45,917 nt of DNA from a virus. The notes under the pieces were generated by a model. The model did no database searches. It saw nothing but the letters and a program-made list of their open reading frames with translations, and was not told the origin of the DNA. The translations under genes and the position numbers were made by a program. The stretch lies in IMG/VR virus record IMGVR_UViG_3300037761_000323; one strand, written 5' to 3'. The number at the start of each line of letters is the position of its first letter. The stretch's first letter is position 1. Below, piece by piece: positions 1 to 8,173 of the stretch.

Positions 1-127
1 TTCTGGCTGAGCGTGCGCCCGAGATCGCGGAGCGAGCCCTCGTAGAGCTCGTCCTCGTCCTCGAAGCCGAAGCCCGCGTTGATGCGGCCGCGCCCGACCT
101 GGCTCCCGCGGAGGTCCCGGATGTTCC
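1..127. repeat. Left copy of the 127-bp terminal direct repeat, identical to 45791-45917. Most simply a contig-end overlap of a circular or terminally redundant genome.
   Basis: Letter-by-letter comparison of the first and last 127 bases, ttctggctgagcgtgcgccc...gaggtcccggatgttcc. Confidence 0.95.
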
Positions 128-383
128 TCCCGAGGTCCTGGGAAAACTCGTCGAATTGCGCCCTGGCGCTCCTGCGCGCGCCCTCCTCGGCGTCGAAGCC
201 GCGGAGCCGCTCGGTCGCGATCCCCTCCGACTCGCGCCCGGTCTGCTCGTCGACGTCGGCCTGGCGCATGAAGCGAGCTGAGATCCCGCTCCTCTGCCGC
301 TGCGCCCGCTGCTCCTCGCTCTCCCGCCCCGTGGGCTGGCCGAGCCTCCGACCGAATCTCCCGTAACCGATGCCTGGCGGCAT
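1..383 (-). CDS. 5-prime part of a junction-spanning gene of 212 aa in total. It continues in frame at 45917->45535 when the duplicated 127 bp are counted once. Probable ejection/internal virion protein with a glycine-zipper C-terminus.
   Basis: ATG at 383-381 is preceded by GAGGAGGGGATC. My hand translation (MPPGIGYGRFGRRLGQPTGRESEEQRAQ...) runs off the left edge with no stop. It joins in frame onto the track ORF 45535..45738 (MGERQTG...). Total length 639 nt. Confidence 0.8.
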   Translation of the reverse strand, partial: MPPGIGYGRFGRRLGQPTGRESEEQRAQRQRSGISARFMRQADVDEQTGRESEGIATERLRGFDAEEGARRSARAQFDEFSQDLGRNIRDLRGSQVGRGRINAGFGFEDEDELYEGSLRDLGRTLSQ

Positions 384-394
384 GATCCCCTCCT

Positions 395-580
395 CTACTC
401 GGTGTAAAGCACTTGGGCGCGGTAGGCGCCGCTTTCTCCGCTCTCGAAGGAGATCCCTACGATCGCCTCCTCCGTCCTGCCGCTGAGCCACGCCTGGAGC
501 TCGTCCTGGAGCTCCTCCTGCGTCGCCTGCTCGAAGAGCTCGACCTTGAGATCCCTGGCCTGCATCCGCGCGAGCAGCAT
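395..580 (-). CDS. Small 61-aa protein, possibly Cse60/DUF2758-like. Function unknown.
   Basis: ATG at 580-578 overlaps the stop of the 1011-aa gene (ATGA). Sequence MLLARMQARDLKVELFEQATQEELQDELQAWLSGRTEEAIVGISFESGESGAYRAQVLYTE. The pattern (beta strand, acidic helix, LQxWL, beta hairpin ending LY) recalls Cse60-type small phage proteins. Confidence 0.55.
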   Translation of the reverse strand: MLLARMQARDLKVELFEQATQEELQDELQAWLSGRTEEAIVGISFESGESGAYRAQVLYTE

Positions 581-3500
581 CAGAGTCCTTCCGGCCAGTC
601 GACGAGCACGTTCTCGGAGTACTCGCCGAAGTCCGAGACCGCGAACGAGGTCAGCTTGTGGCGGAGCCGCGCGAGGAACTCCACGTCGTCCTCCTCGTCG
701 AAGACTCCGGCCCCGCTGCCCGCCTCCGTCTCGCCGGCGGCGACCGTCTCGCGGAGCGCGAAAAAGCCCGTGTTGACCGGCGGCGGGCCCGTGTCGAGCT
801 GGTCGTAGAGCTCCGTCTCGAGCGTCGCGTCGGTGGTCGTGAAGCCGATGATGTAGGCGCCGCCCTGGAAGAAGACGCCCACGACCTGGGGGATCGCCGC
901 CGGACCCGCCCACACCCGCACGGGCTCGGAGAGCGGGCTCTCCCCCGCGACGGACGACGTGAGCGCGGCGTAGTAGTAAGCCGTCTCGCCCGCGATCGTC
1001 TCGTCGTCGTAGTTGAACGGCGAGGCGTGCGGCCCGAGGATCGTGTCGAGCAGCACGTACACGCCCGGAGCTCCTCCGACCTCGGGCGCGCGCCAGACCT
1101 CGATGTCCTCGTCCTCGGCGCCCACGACCGGCTCGATCGAGAGACGCACACGCTCGAGCACCGCGCTCTCCCTGCTCCAGACCCCCGACTCGACCACGGG
1201 CGGGTCGATCGTCGTCGTGAAGCTGCACCGCGAGACGGACGGCCACGTTTGAGGGTTGTCGGTGTCCTCCGCGCCGGCGGAGTAGAGCAGGCCCCTCCGG
1301 TAGCGGAGCGCGACCTCGTAGCTCGAGGCGATGAGGAGCTCGATCACCTGCACGAGCTGGCTCGCCGACGCGCTCACGGCCACCGAGCGGGACAGGAACC
1401 AGTCGCTCGCCGCGGCCGCCGTGAACGTGTACGTGTCGCCGCCCCACACGCCTTCCGCCGGGCTCGTGCGGTCGATCTCGAGGTCAGCCGCGTCCGTGAG
1501 CTGCACGGCCAGGACGTCGGGCATCCAAAGGCCCATACAGTCGAGCAGCGCGGAGCCGCCCGAGACTTCCTCCTCGAGGAGCACGACGTCGGCCGCACCG
1601 AGCAGCTTCACCTTCCACCCGTCGACGAGATCGCCCACCGCGGCGATGAACTTGTCCGTGTGGTAGTAGAACTCCTCGACCGTGACGCTGCTGACCTGGC
1701 TGTTCTGGAAGCGAGCGATCACCGCCTGGCCCGAGACCAGGCTCATATTGACCGTCGTGCGAGGGAGCACCACGTCGTCGAGACCGTTCCAGCCCTCGAG
1801 CTGACGGGCGGGCTCCGTGCCCGGCGATGCGTCCGCCCACACCACCATCTTGCGGTAGACGTCGTACACGGCCTGCGCCCCGTCCACGTTGTCGAGCGTA
1901 GAGAACACGCCGTCCAGGACGCGCCCCACCGTGTAGAACTCACTCGCCGCCACGGGTCCGCACGTCTTCCGCTTGATGTAGAAGTCCCAGGTCGTCGGCG
2001 TCACGCCGGCGCCGATCACGCCGACGCCCATCGAGGCGTTCGTAGTGGCGCCACCGAAGGCGTTCATCCGCATGATCGTCTGGACCATGGCCTTCGCTCG
2101 CGCGGCGACGGCCGTGTGGAGGACGCCTTGGAAGTTGGCCGCGGCGTTGTCGTGCTGGAAGCGGAGCTCTCCGCTCGGCCCGAGATCGAAGGAGCTGTTG
2201 CCCACGGAAGTCCAGTCAGTCAGCACGAAGGGATCGGTCCCTGAGTCGTGGATGTAGGCGGCGAGCTTGCCAGAGGCCGTCTTCTCCCAGCCGCCGGAGA
2301 GCGGCGTGAGGCGGAGCCAGACCTCGAGCGTCTCGTCGCCGTCCTGATTGTGGTTGCCGACGAGGATGTCGGCGAACGAGCCCGCGGGCGTCACCTCGTC
2401 GCACGACGGATAGCCGGGCGGCGCCGTCTTCTCCTCCGTCGTCTCGAAGAGCGTGATCGCGCCGTAGGCGTCGAAGCCGAGGGTCTGGTAGCTCCAGCGC
2501 CAGTGACCTTGCACGCGCGCCGTGAGCGCGTACACGCGCCGGCCGAAGTGGAACCAGCCCACGCGCTCCCGCGGGACGTAGTGAGCGAACGCATAGGCGA
2601 GCTCGCCCTCGTCCACCAGGTCGTCCGGCTCCCAATCGTCGAGCCCGAGCGGGAGCTCGAGCGCGTCGGAGACGCCGAGCCCGCTCCAGAGACGGGGACC
2701 CTCCTCGGCCCAGGCGATGTTGAGCCCCTCGATGTTGACGTGCGCCCTCGAGGCGACGATCCCGTGGCGCGGGTCGATGAGGCGGATCCCGAACGTCGCG
2801 CGGTCGTAGCCGTGGATCGCGTGCGTCTCGGAGCGCTTCCAGACGTCGAGGATGCCCTGGGGCCCGTCCGCGTCGCCCGCCGGCGCGCACGCGAGCACCG
2901 GATCGCGCCGATCGCCCGCGGCGAAGTAGTGGTTTTCGTCGAAGGTGATCGGGTCGCCCGGCAGGCTGATCCGCACGAGCTCGGGCCGCGGCTCGTTCGC
3001 CGTCCCGAAGCCCCAGCCCACGAGATAGGCGAGGTGACGCACGACGCCCCGGAAGCGGATCGCGTTCGGGACCGTGACCACCGACTCCGACTCGGGCACG
3101 CCCGACTCCGCCGATTCGTCCGTGGAGCCCGCGAAGAGGGCCGTAAGCACGTTGAGGAGCTCGGCCCCGGTGATCGGGTCGTAGTAGAGCGTCGGCGCCC
3201 TCCGCGTCACCCGGCTCTCGTCGTGCGCCATGAAGACGCGGCCAAAGACCTCGGCCATGATGATCCGCGGGATCGACGGCCCCCATCCGCCCTGATCGTG
3301 CTCCCACTCGCCGAGCAGCTCGACGAGCGAGAGGTCGGGCGTCACCCGGTAGACGTGGACCGTCTCCGTCGTCGTGTCGTAGCCGACGACGATCCCGAGC
3401 CCGTCGCTCTTGAGCGCCTCGCCGGCCAGGAGGATGTCGACCTCGGGGAAGGCGTCTACACCCGCGGGAAGGAAGCCCGGGCGCAGGATGATCTTGCCCT

Positions 3501-3615
3501 CGTGGAGCAGCACGTTCCGGAGGTCGGCCTGGTTGACCGGGTTGACCACCATGAGGCCCGACTCGCGATCGAGGCCCTCGCCGGCGTAGAGCGGCGTCCG
3601 GTCACGCGGAGGCAT
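580..3615 (-). CDS. Large tail / receptor-binding structural protein, 1011 aa.
   Basis: Long uninterrupted ORF in the morphogenesis operon, overlapping the upstream gene by 14 nt. It lies after adaptor-sized genes and before ejection-type genes. The segment IEVWRAPEVGGAPGVYVLLDT...YYYAALTSSVAGESPLSEPVRVW looks Fn3-like. Function is called from position only. Confidence 0.6.
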   Translation of the reverse strand: MPPRDRTPLYAGEGLDRESGLMVVNPVNQADLRNVLLHEGKIILRPGFLPAGVDAFPEVDILLAGEALKSDGLGIVVGYDTTTETVHVYRVTPDLSLVELLGEWEHDQGGWGPSIPRIIMAEVFGRVFMAHDESRVTRRAPTLYYDPITGAELLNVLTALFAGSTDESAESGVPESESVVTVPNAIRFRGVVRHLAYLVGWGFGTANEPRPELVRISLPGDPITFDENHYFAAGDRRDPVLACAPAGDADGPQGILDVWKRSETHAIHGYDRATFGIRLIDPRHGIVASRAHVNIEGLNIAWAEEGPRLWSGLGVSDALELPLGLDDWEPDDLVDEGELAYAFAHYVPRERVGWFHFGRRVYALTARVQGHWRWSYQTLGFDAYGAITLFETTEEKTAPPGYPSCDEVTPAGSFADILVGNHNQDGDETLEVWLRLTPLSGGWEKTASGKLAAYIHDSGTDPFVLTDWTSVGNSSFDLGPSGELRFQHDNAAANFQGVLHTAVAARAKAMVQTIMRMNAFGGATTNASMGVGVIGAGVTPTTWDFYIKRKTCGPVAASEFYTVGRVLDGVFSTLDNVDGAQAVYDVYRKMVVWADASPGTEPARQLEGWNGLDDVVLPRTTVNMSLVSGQAVIARFQNSQVSSVTVEEFYYHTDKFIAAVGDLVDGWKVKLLGAADVVLLEEEVSGGSALLDCMGLWMPDVLAVQLTDAADLEIDRTSPAEGVWGGDTYTFTAAAASDWFLSRSVAVSASASQLVQVIELLIASSYEVALRYRRGLLYSAGAEDTDNPQTWPSVSRCSFTTTIDPPVVESGVWSRESAVLERVRLSIEPVVGAEDEDIEVWRAPEVGGAPGVYVLLDTILGPHASPFNYDDETIAGETAYYYAALTSSVAGESPLSEPVRVWAGPAAIPQVVGVFFQGGAYIIGFTTTDATLETELYDQLDTGPPPVNTGFFALRETVAAGETEAGSGAGVFDEEDDVEFLARLRHKLTSFAVSDFGEYSENVLVDWPEGL

Positions 3616-4102
3616 TGACGGCCGCCTTGCCCTCGGTGACGAGCTCGTGCTCGAACTCCCAGCCCTCGATGATGAGCCGGCCGGCGGGCAGCACTCCCAC
3701 GCTCCGGAGCGACGCCTGGAACCAGGTCCCCCGCATCGCCGTGGCGATCTGCGGATCCGCCGGGGACGGGTAGTACACCGCGAGCCCGATCTCGAGGACC
3801 TCGCGCGTCGGCGCGGCCACCGCGGGGCGCGTGATCTCGATGGGCTCCTGTTCCACGTCGTCGACGATCGGCGTGAGCTCGAGCACCAGGTCGTCCGCGT
3901 TGGAGCGGAAGAGCGTCAGGTAGACGTTCGTGAAGATGGCCTCGCCACCGATGCCGGCCGGCGCGTACTGATTCGACTTCGCGACGAGCTCGATCGGCAC
4001 GCCCAGGTCGTCGGCGCTCTCCTGCCCGCCCATCGCCAGGTTATCGGCGACGGCCAGGTACCAGTAGACCGTGACGGCACGGGTCGGGAGCTCGAGGGGC
4101 AT
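3602..4102 (-). CDS. Virion structural protein, 166 aa (tail/adaptor module), function unknown.
   Basis: ATG at 4102 shares one base with the upstream stop (TGATG). GC-rich third codon positions. Lies inside the structural operon. Confidence 0.6.
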   Translation of the reverse strand: MPLELPTRAVTVYWYLAVADNLAMGGQESADDLGVPIELVAKSNQYAPAGIGGEAIFTNVYLTLFRSNADDLVLELTPIVDDVEQEPIEITRPAVAAPTREVLEIGLAVYYPSPADPQIATAMRGTWFQASLRSVGVLPAGRLIIEGWEFEHELVTEGKAAVNASA

Positions 4103-4809
4103 CAGAGCTCCACGTCGGTCCCGCCGGCGAGCAGCGCGTTCAAGGGAACGTGCGTCGGGCCCGTGTAGCGCTGAGACGTGCCCGTCGAGCGGGTGAGCCC
4201 GAGCGTCGCGTGCTCGAGGTGCGCGATGAAGCGGCGGAGCCAGGCGTCGCGCTCCGGGCGGAGGACGGCGACCTCATCCATGCGCTCGTCCTTGAGCGCC
4301 AGGATGATCGCGTGCTCGAGGACGAGCAGCTCGTCGAAGGTGCGGGGCCAGAGCGCTTCGAGCTCCGTGTCGGCGGTGGCCGGGACTTCGGGTTGCTTGG
4401 AGTACCAGAACGTCAGGCCCGTCTCGATCGACTCCGCCGACTCACCGAGCGGGTCGAGGTCGTTGCCCGCGGAGAAGAAGACCTGCCCCCACTCGTAGAC
4501 CGCCGGCGAGAAGGGATCGGCGTCGCGCTCGTCCAAGGGGACGATCTCGACCTTCTCCCCGTCGTCTTCGATCCGGAAGATCGACTCCGCATCATCCGGC
4601 CGCGGCCATCCCTCGAGCGCGGCCGAGAAGGGGATGTCCACGACCTTCCCGAAGAAGCTCGGGTTGACCCGCGCCGCGATCGTCCAGAAGACGGGGTAGT
4701 AGCGGTTGAACTGGCTGAGCAGCTCCGCCGCCGTCGCGATGATGCCTGGCTGGTTCTTCCGGTTCTTGGCGAGCGCGGCCGTGAAGATTTGGTTGGGCGT
4801 CATTACCAC
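4102..4809 (-). CDS. Head-tail adaptor-like structural protein, about 233-235 aa.
   Basis: The track start at 4809 is GTG. An ATG at 4803 overlaps the upstream TAA (TAATG) and is the likelier start. Its architecture resembles the upstream 223-aa gene, so the two may be paralogs. Confidence 0.6.
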   Translation of the reverse strand: MVMTPNQIFTAALAKNRKNQPGIIATAAELLSQFNRYYPVFWTIAARVNPSFFGKVVDIPFSAALEGWPRPDDAESIFRIEDDGEKVEIVPLDERDADPFSPAVYEWGQVFFSAGNDLDPLGESAESIETGLTFWYSKQPEVPATADTELEALWPRTFDELLVLEHAIILALKDERMDEVAVLRPERDAWLRRFIAHLEHATLGLTRSTGTSQRYTGPTHVPLNALLAGGTDVEL

Positions 4810-5474
4810 GTCTCCCGGATCCGAGAGAGCGTCGCGCCCTCACGCCGCTGGAGCTCGTCGATCCAGAGCGCTTCCGCGTCGAGCGCCTCCTGGAGGTACT
4901 CGCGCCGCGGCCGCGCGAGCTCCTTCTCGTTCATGCGCCGAGCGAAGAAGGCGCCGAGCCAGCTCACCACCACGTCCTCCGCCGTGATCGGCAGGATGAG
5001 CGGCTCGGCCAGGCCTGCGATCGCGGCCGGCGTGGGCGTGTAGGTGAACTCGACCCGGAGGACGTCGTTGTAGTCCTCGACGTGGCCCGTGAAGTGGAGC
5101 GTGCTCTCCACGAGATAAGCCGCCCGGCTGTTGACGTAGCGGTTCCGGTCGCCCCACCGGATGAGGTCCAGGTCGACGGGCTCGACGCACCCGCGCACGA
5201 ACATATCGAGCGGCCGCTGGATCGCCGTGATCGGGAGCGGGCTCGCGACCGACTCCTCCGGGTCGACGAGCAGCTCGCCGGCGTCGAAGTCGGCGAGCGG
5301 GAACGTGACCACGTACGTCTCGACGTTCGAGGTCTCCTCATGCTTCGCCCACTCCCCCACGAGGCGCCGCTGGAGCCTCGATAGGAAGTTGATCGCCACC
5401 CGGTTCGGGTGGCGCTGCTGCGTGAAGCTGGGGTCCAGCTCACGCGCTTGGGCGATGATCTCCTCGGGGGTCAC
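4803..5474 (-). CDS. Head-tail adaptor-like structural protein, 223 aa.
   Basis: GTG start at 5474. Position in the operon and coding-like composition. No recognisable catalytic motif. Confidence 0.55.
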   Translation of the reverse strand: MTPEEIIAQARELDPSFTQQRHPNRVAINFLSRLQRRLVGEWAKHEETSNVETYVVTFPLADFDAGELLVDPEESVASPLPITAIQRPLDMFVRGCVEPVDLDLIRWGDRNRYVNSRAAYLVESTLHFTGHVEDYNDVLRVEFTYTPTPAAIAGLAEPLILPITAEDVVVSWLGAFFARRMNEKELARPRREYLQEALDAEALWIDELQRREGATLSRIRETW

Positions 5475-5481
5475 GGGGAGC

Positions 5482-5880
5482 TCAGCGAGCGAGCTTCGCG
5501 AGGAGCTTCGTCACCGACTCACGCGGCCCGCCGGGACGCTTGCCCTCGATCTCCGCGAGGAGCTCGAGCGCGCCCTTCCGCTGGCCGTCCGGGTGGCTCA
5601 CCTCCGTCTCGATCGCGAGATCGAGCAGGTTCGGCTCCTTCTCGAGGATCTCGCCGAGGCGCACGATCGAGACGCGGCCCTTGCCCTGGACGAACGGGTT
5701 GCGAGGCTCGTCGTTGGCCTCACGCACCGGAGCGGCGACGGGCACGGGCACCCGGCCCCCCTTCCGCTTCCCGTACACGGTCGCCTCGCGCGTGCTGACC
5801 TTGTTCTTCGCCTGCTGCTCGAGCCACGCCTTCTTGCCGAGCTTCCTGACCCCGTACTGGACCTTCCGCGCGTCCGCCAT
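5482..5880 (-). CDS. Basic 132-aa protein in the head-completion region, function unknown.
   Basis: ATG at 5880 preceded by GGCAGAGG. Lys/Arg-rich N-terminal half, helical C-terminal half. Confidence 0.55.
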   Translation of the reverse strand: MADARKVQYGVRKLGKKAWLEQQAKNKVSTREATVYGKRKGGRVPVPVAAPVREANDEPRNPFVQGKGRVSIVRLGEILEKEPNLLDLAIETEVSHPDGQRKGALELLAEIEGKRPGGPRESVTKLLAKLAR

Positions 5881-5883
5881 GGT

Positions 5884-6423
5884 CTACCTCTGCCGTTTGT
5901 GGGACCCGCTCGAGCTCCGGGCGCCCTTGAATACGAAGCGGAAAGCCTCAGCCGCGACCTCCGCTGCCTGCTTGCCCCACTCCAGGATCCGACGCCGGTT
6001 GAGCGCGTCCATGGAGATCGCCGCCTTGAACTCCTTTTCGATCTGCTCCGCTGTCTTCGTGCGGAAGTTGTGGTCGCGGATGCGGAAGTCCTCGACGATC
6101 ACGGAGAGGTCGTTGTCCTCGACCACGTAGAGCTCGACCGGCCGGAAGCCGGCCGCCATGATCTGCCGCATCTGAAACTCCCTGCCGAGCTCGACCTCCA
6201 TCATCGCCCGCTCCGCCGGGTCGTTGATCGTCGAGCGCATCCCTGCGTATTTCGCCGCCGATGCGAGCTCCATCGGATCGCCAGCCTCCGGGTTCGGGGC
6301 CACGATCCCGAGCCACCAGCGCTTGCCCTCGAGGTGCACGAGCTCCGCGTGGGGGTCGATCGCCTTGAGAGCGCTCGCCACCTCCTCCGGAGCTCGCCCC
6401 GGTCCGAGGACTGGACCCTTCAC
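5884..6423 (-). CDS. 179-aa protein in the head-completion region, function unknown.
   Basis: GTG start at 6423, three nt after the upstream stop. Coding-like composition. Confidence 0.55.
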   Translation of the reverse strand: MKGPVLGPGRAPEEVASALKAIDPHAELVHLEGKRWWLGIVAPNPEAGDPMELASAAKYAGMRSTINDPAERAMMEVELGREFQMRQIMAAGFRPVELYVVEDNDLSVIVEDFRIRDHNFRTKTAEQIEKEFKAAISMDALNRRRILEWGKQAAEVAAEAFRFVFKGARSSSGSHKRQR

Positions 6424-6426
6424 GGC

Positions 6427-6657
6427 TCACGCCGGCGGCGCGTCGGAGTGCCGCATCGCGAGGAAGGCCTGCTTGGCCGAGTCCTCGAGGTGGATGAGCG
6501 CGTTGTTGAGCAGCTTCCCATCGGGCACGACGGCCACGAGCTCGGTCGCGAGCTCGCGGTAGAGGATGGTCAAGGCGTCGATCTCGGCCTGTGTCGCCGC
6601 CACGCCTGCCTGCCCGGAGTACGCGACTGCGATGTACTCGGCGCTGGTGCGGTCCAT
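6427..6657 (-). CDS. 76-aa helical-hairpin protein, a divergent relative of the 14966-15313 product.
   Basis: ATG at 6657 preceded by GAAGAGGAATCACC. VVPDGKLLNNALIHLEDSAKQAFLAMRH aligns by eye with LVPPGREQSTALTRLEEAVMHANAGIARH of the 115-aa protein. Confidence 0.55.
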   Translation of the reverse strand: MDRTSAEYIAVAYSGQAGVAATQAEIDALTILYRELATELVAVVPDGKLLNNALIHLEDSAKQAFLAMRHSDAPPA

Positions 6658-6699
6658 GGTGATTCCTCTTCGGTTCGGGTTGATCGTGCTTGGGAGTGG

Positions 6700-6732
6700 C
6701 CCCGGGGGCGGGCTGTCAGCCGGGCCCCGGGG
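6700..6732 (-). terminator. Strong GC hairpin directly after the major capsid gene. Probably an attenuator/terminator or mRNA-stabilising stem-loop.
   Basis: CCCCGGGGGCGGGCTG / CAGCCGGGCCCCGGGG pairs as about 15 bp with one mismatch and a 3-nt loop. It lies in the 90-nt gap between 6748 and 6657. There is no T-run. Confidence 0.5.
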
Positions 6733-6747
6733 ACCGCTCCGCTCCGC

Positions 6748-8124
6748 TTAGACCGACTCCGCCGGGATCGACTCCGCCGGCGACATGAAGCCCTCGAGCC
6801 GCCAACAACGCTGCGGGCTCTTGATGCCGATCTCGCCGTGAGCCGTCCCGTAGGCGTAGAAAGCATCCTTACGGCCAGTGGAGTCCGTGACCTGGCGCCA
6901 GAGGCTCCCGGTCGTGTCGTCCCACTGGAACTCATGGAGCAGGAACTTCCGGAAGACGTCCTTCTGGAGCCCGAAGACCAACGTGCTCGGGAGCTTCCTC
7001 GCCGTCCGGAACTCGACGGTGCGCGTGCCACCGAAGAGCATCGTGATCCCCTTCCGCCCAGCCGTGTAGGCCCGAGGGTCGTTGACCACGCGGTCCGCCT
7101 TGATCTCCGTCCACACGGCGTCGAAGGCCTCGTCGCTCATGACGATCATGTCGACCTTGCCGCCGCCGCGGTGGCGCGCCTGACGATCCGTTTGGATCAT
7201 CGCGAACTCGGTCAGGTCCGCGCCCGCGAGGTCCCGCACGTACGAGCGGAACCACAGATGCACGTTCCTGTCGATGTTCTGGAGCGTCTGCACGATGTCC
7301 CCGTCGTCGACGAGACCGAGCAGGCCCATCATGTCCTTTCCGGCGGAATTATCCGCGGCGTCACCCTCGAAGAGGTAGTCGCCATCCACCAGGTCGGCCA
7401 CGCTGTTGAGCTGGAGCGCGTTGTTGTCCCAATCGAGCTGGTCCACGGTGTAGGCCGTGGCGCGCGGAGCAGACCCGTCGATGTTCGGCGACGCCCGGAG
7501 GCGGAGCCCACGACGGAACTGCATCAGCTCGTGATCGAAGCCGGCGACGCCGAGCGTCGACCCGACTACGACCGGATTGGAGATCACGGTCTCGTTCACC
7601 CGTGCCCGGATGCCCGAACCGTCGCCGACGAGCTGACGATCCATTTCGTCGACGAGACCCTCCTTGAAGAGGGGGAACTGCTCGTCAGACCAGGTGAGGA
7701 AGGCAGCCTTGTCCCTCTTGATTTTCTTGAGGACCTCGGCCGTCTCCTCGAGGGAGCCGACGATCTTCTTGAGCGTGATCCGGCTGTTCTCCGCCTTGGC
7801 GCTGTTCGCCTCGGGGATGTAGCCGTTTTCGCCACGAGATCCCCAGGATCCGGGCGATTGGTAGAGCTGGCTCGTCTCGAACCAGCGGCCTTCGGGGCCC
7901 TGTTTGACTTCGCCTTCCGGCATGAAGTCCATGAGCTCCGTGTCATAGACCGTCTCCGAGATCACTGTGTCGTCGAAGACGATCTTCATGAGCTCCGTGT
8001 AGTCCTCGGTCGTGGCCGTGTCCCCGATGAGGAAGGGGAGCGCGAGCAACGCGCTCGGTGCGAACCCGAGCAACGCCGCAACGCACAGTCCGAGGCCCAC
8101 GAAGAGCTTTTGGCGCTGCTTCAT
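6748..8124 (-). CDS. Major capsid protein, 458 aa, carrying an unusual hydrophobic N-terminal leader.
   Basis: ATG at 8124 preceded by GGGAGAAGCATCCCC. It directly follows the scaffold gene, and its size and composition fit an HK97-fold coat protein. I reject the upstream extension of the track ORF to 8289 (Arg/Pro-rich, no RBS). Confidence 0.75.
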   Translation of the reverse strand: MKQRQKLFVGLGLCVAALLGFAPSALLALPFLIGDTATTEDYTELMKIVFDDTVISETVYDTELMDFMPEGEVKQGPEGRWFETSQLYQSPGSWGSRGENGYIPEANSAKAENSRITLKKIVGSLEETAEVLKKIKRDKAAFLTWSDEQFPLFKEGLVDEMDRQLVGDGSGIRARVNETVISNPVVVGSTLGVAGFDHELMQFRRGLRLRASPNIDGSAPRATAYTVDQLDWDNNALQLNSVADLVDGDYLFEGDAADNSAGKDMMGLLGLVDDGDIVQTLQNIDRNVHLWFRSYVRDLAGADLTEFAMIQTDRQARHRGGGKVDMIVMSDEAFDAVWTEIKADRVVNDPRAYTAGRKGITMLFGGTRTVEFRTARKLPSTLVFGLQKDVFRKFLLHEFQWDDTTGSLWRQVTDSTGRKDAFYAYGTAHGEIGIKSPQRCWRLEGFMSPAESIPAESV

Positions 8125-8173
8125 GGGGATGCTTCTCCCAAGGTGTAAGGGCGTGAATGGCACGCCCGCCGGC

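Noticed and set aside
1-127. Reading the 127-bp end duplication as a genuine biological direct terminal repeat.
   Set aside because: This cannot be decided from sequence alone. The length equals a common assembler k-mer and a gene reads straight through the junction. I therefore treat it as a circular-assembly overlap until read-termini data say otherwise.
5161-8148. A 995-aa plus-strand ORF. There are similar very long ORFs antisense to real genes: 42738-45584 (948 aa), 25911-28433 (840 aa), 38589-40439 (616 aa), 15549-17258 (569 aa), 658-2244 (528 aa) and 2248-3618 (456 aa).
   Set aside because: They lie opposite genes with clear functional motifs (capsid, giant protein, TerL, tail). Their translations are monotonous Arg/Leu/Glu/Asp/Pro strings with no motifs and no RBS. 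Long stop-free antisense frames are expected in very GC-rich DNA.
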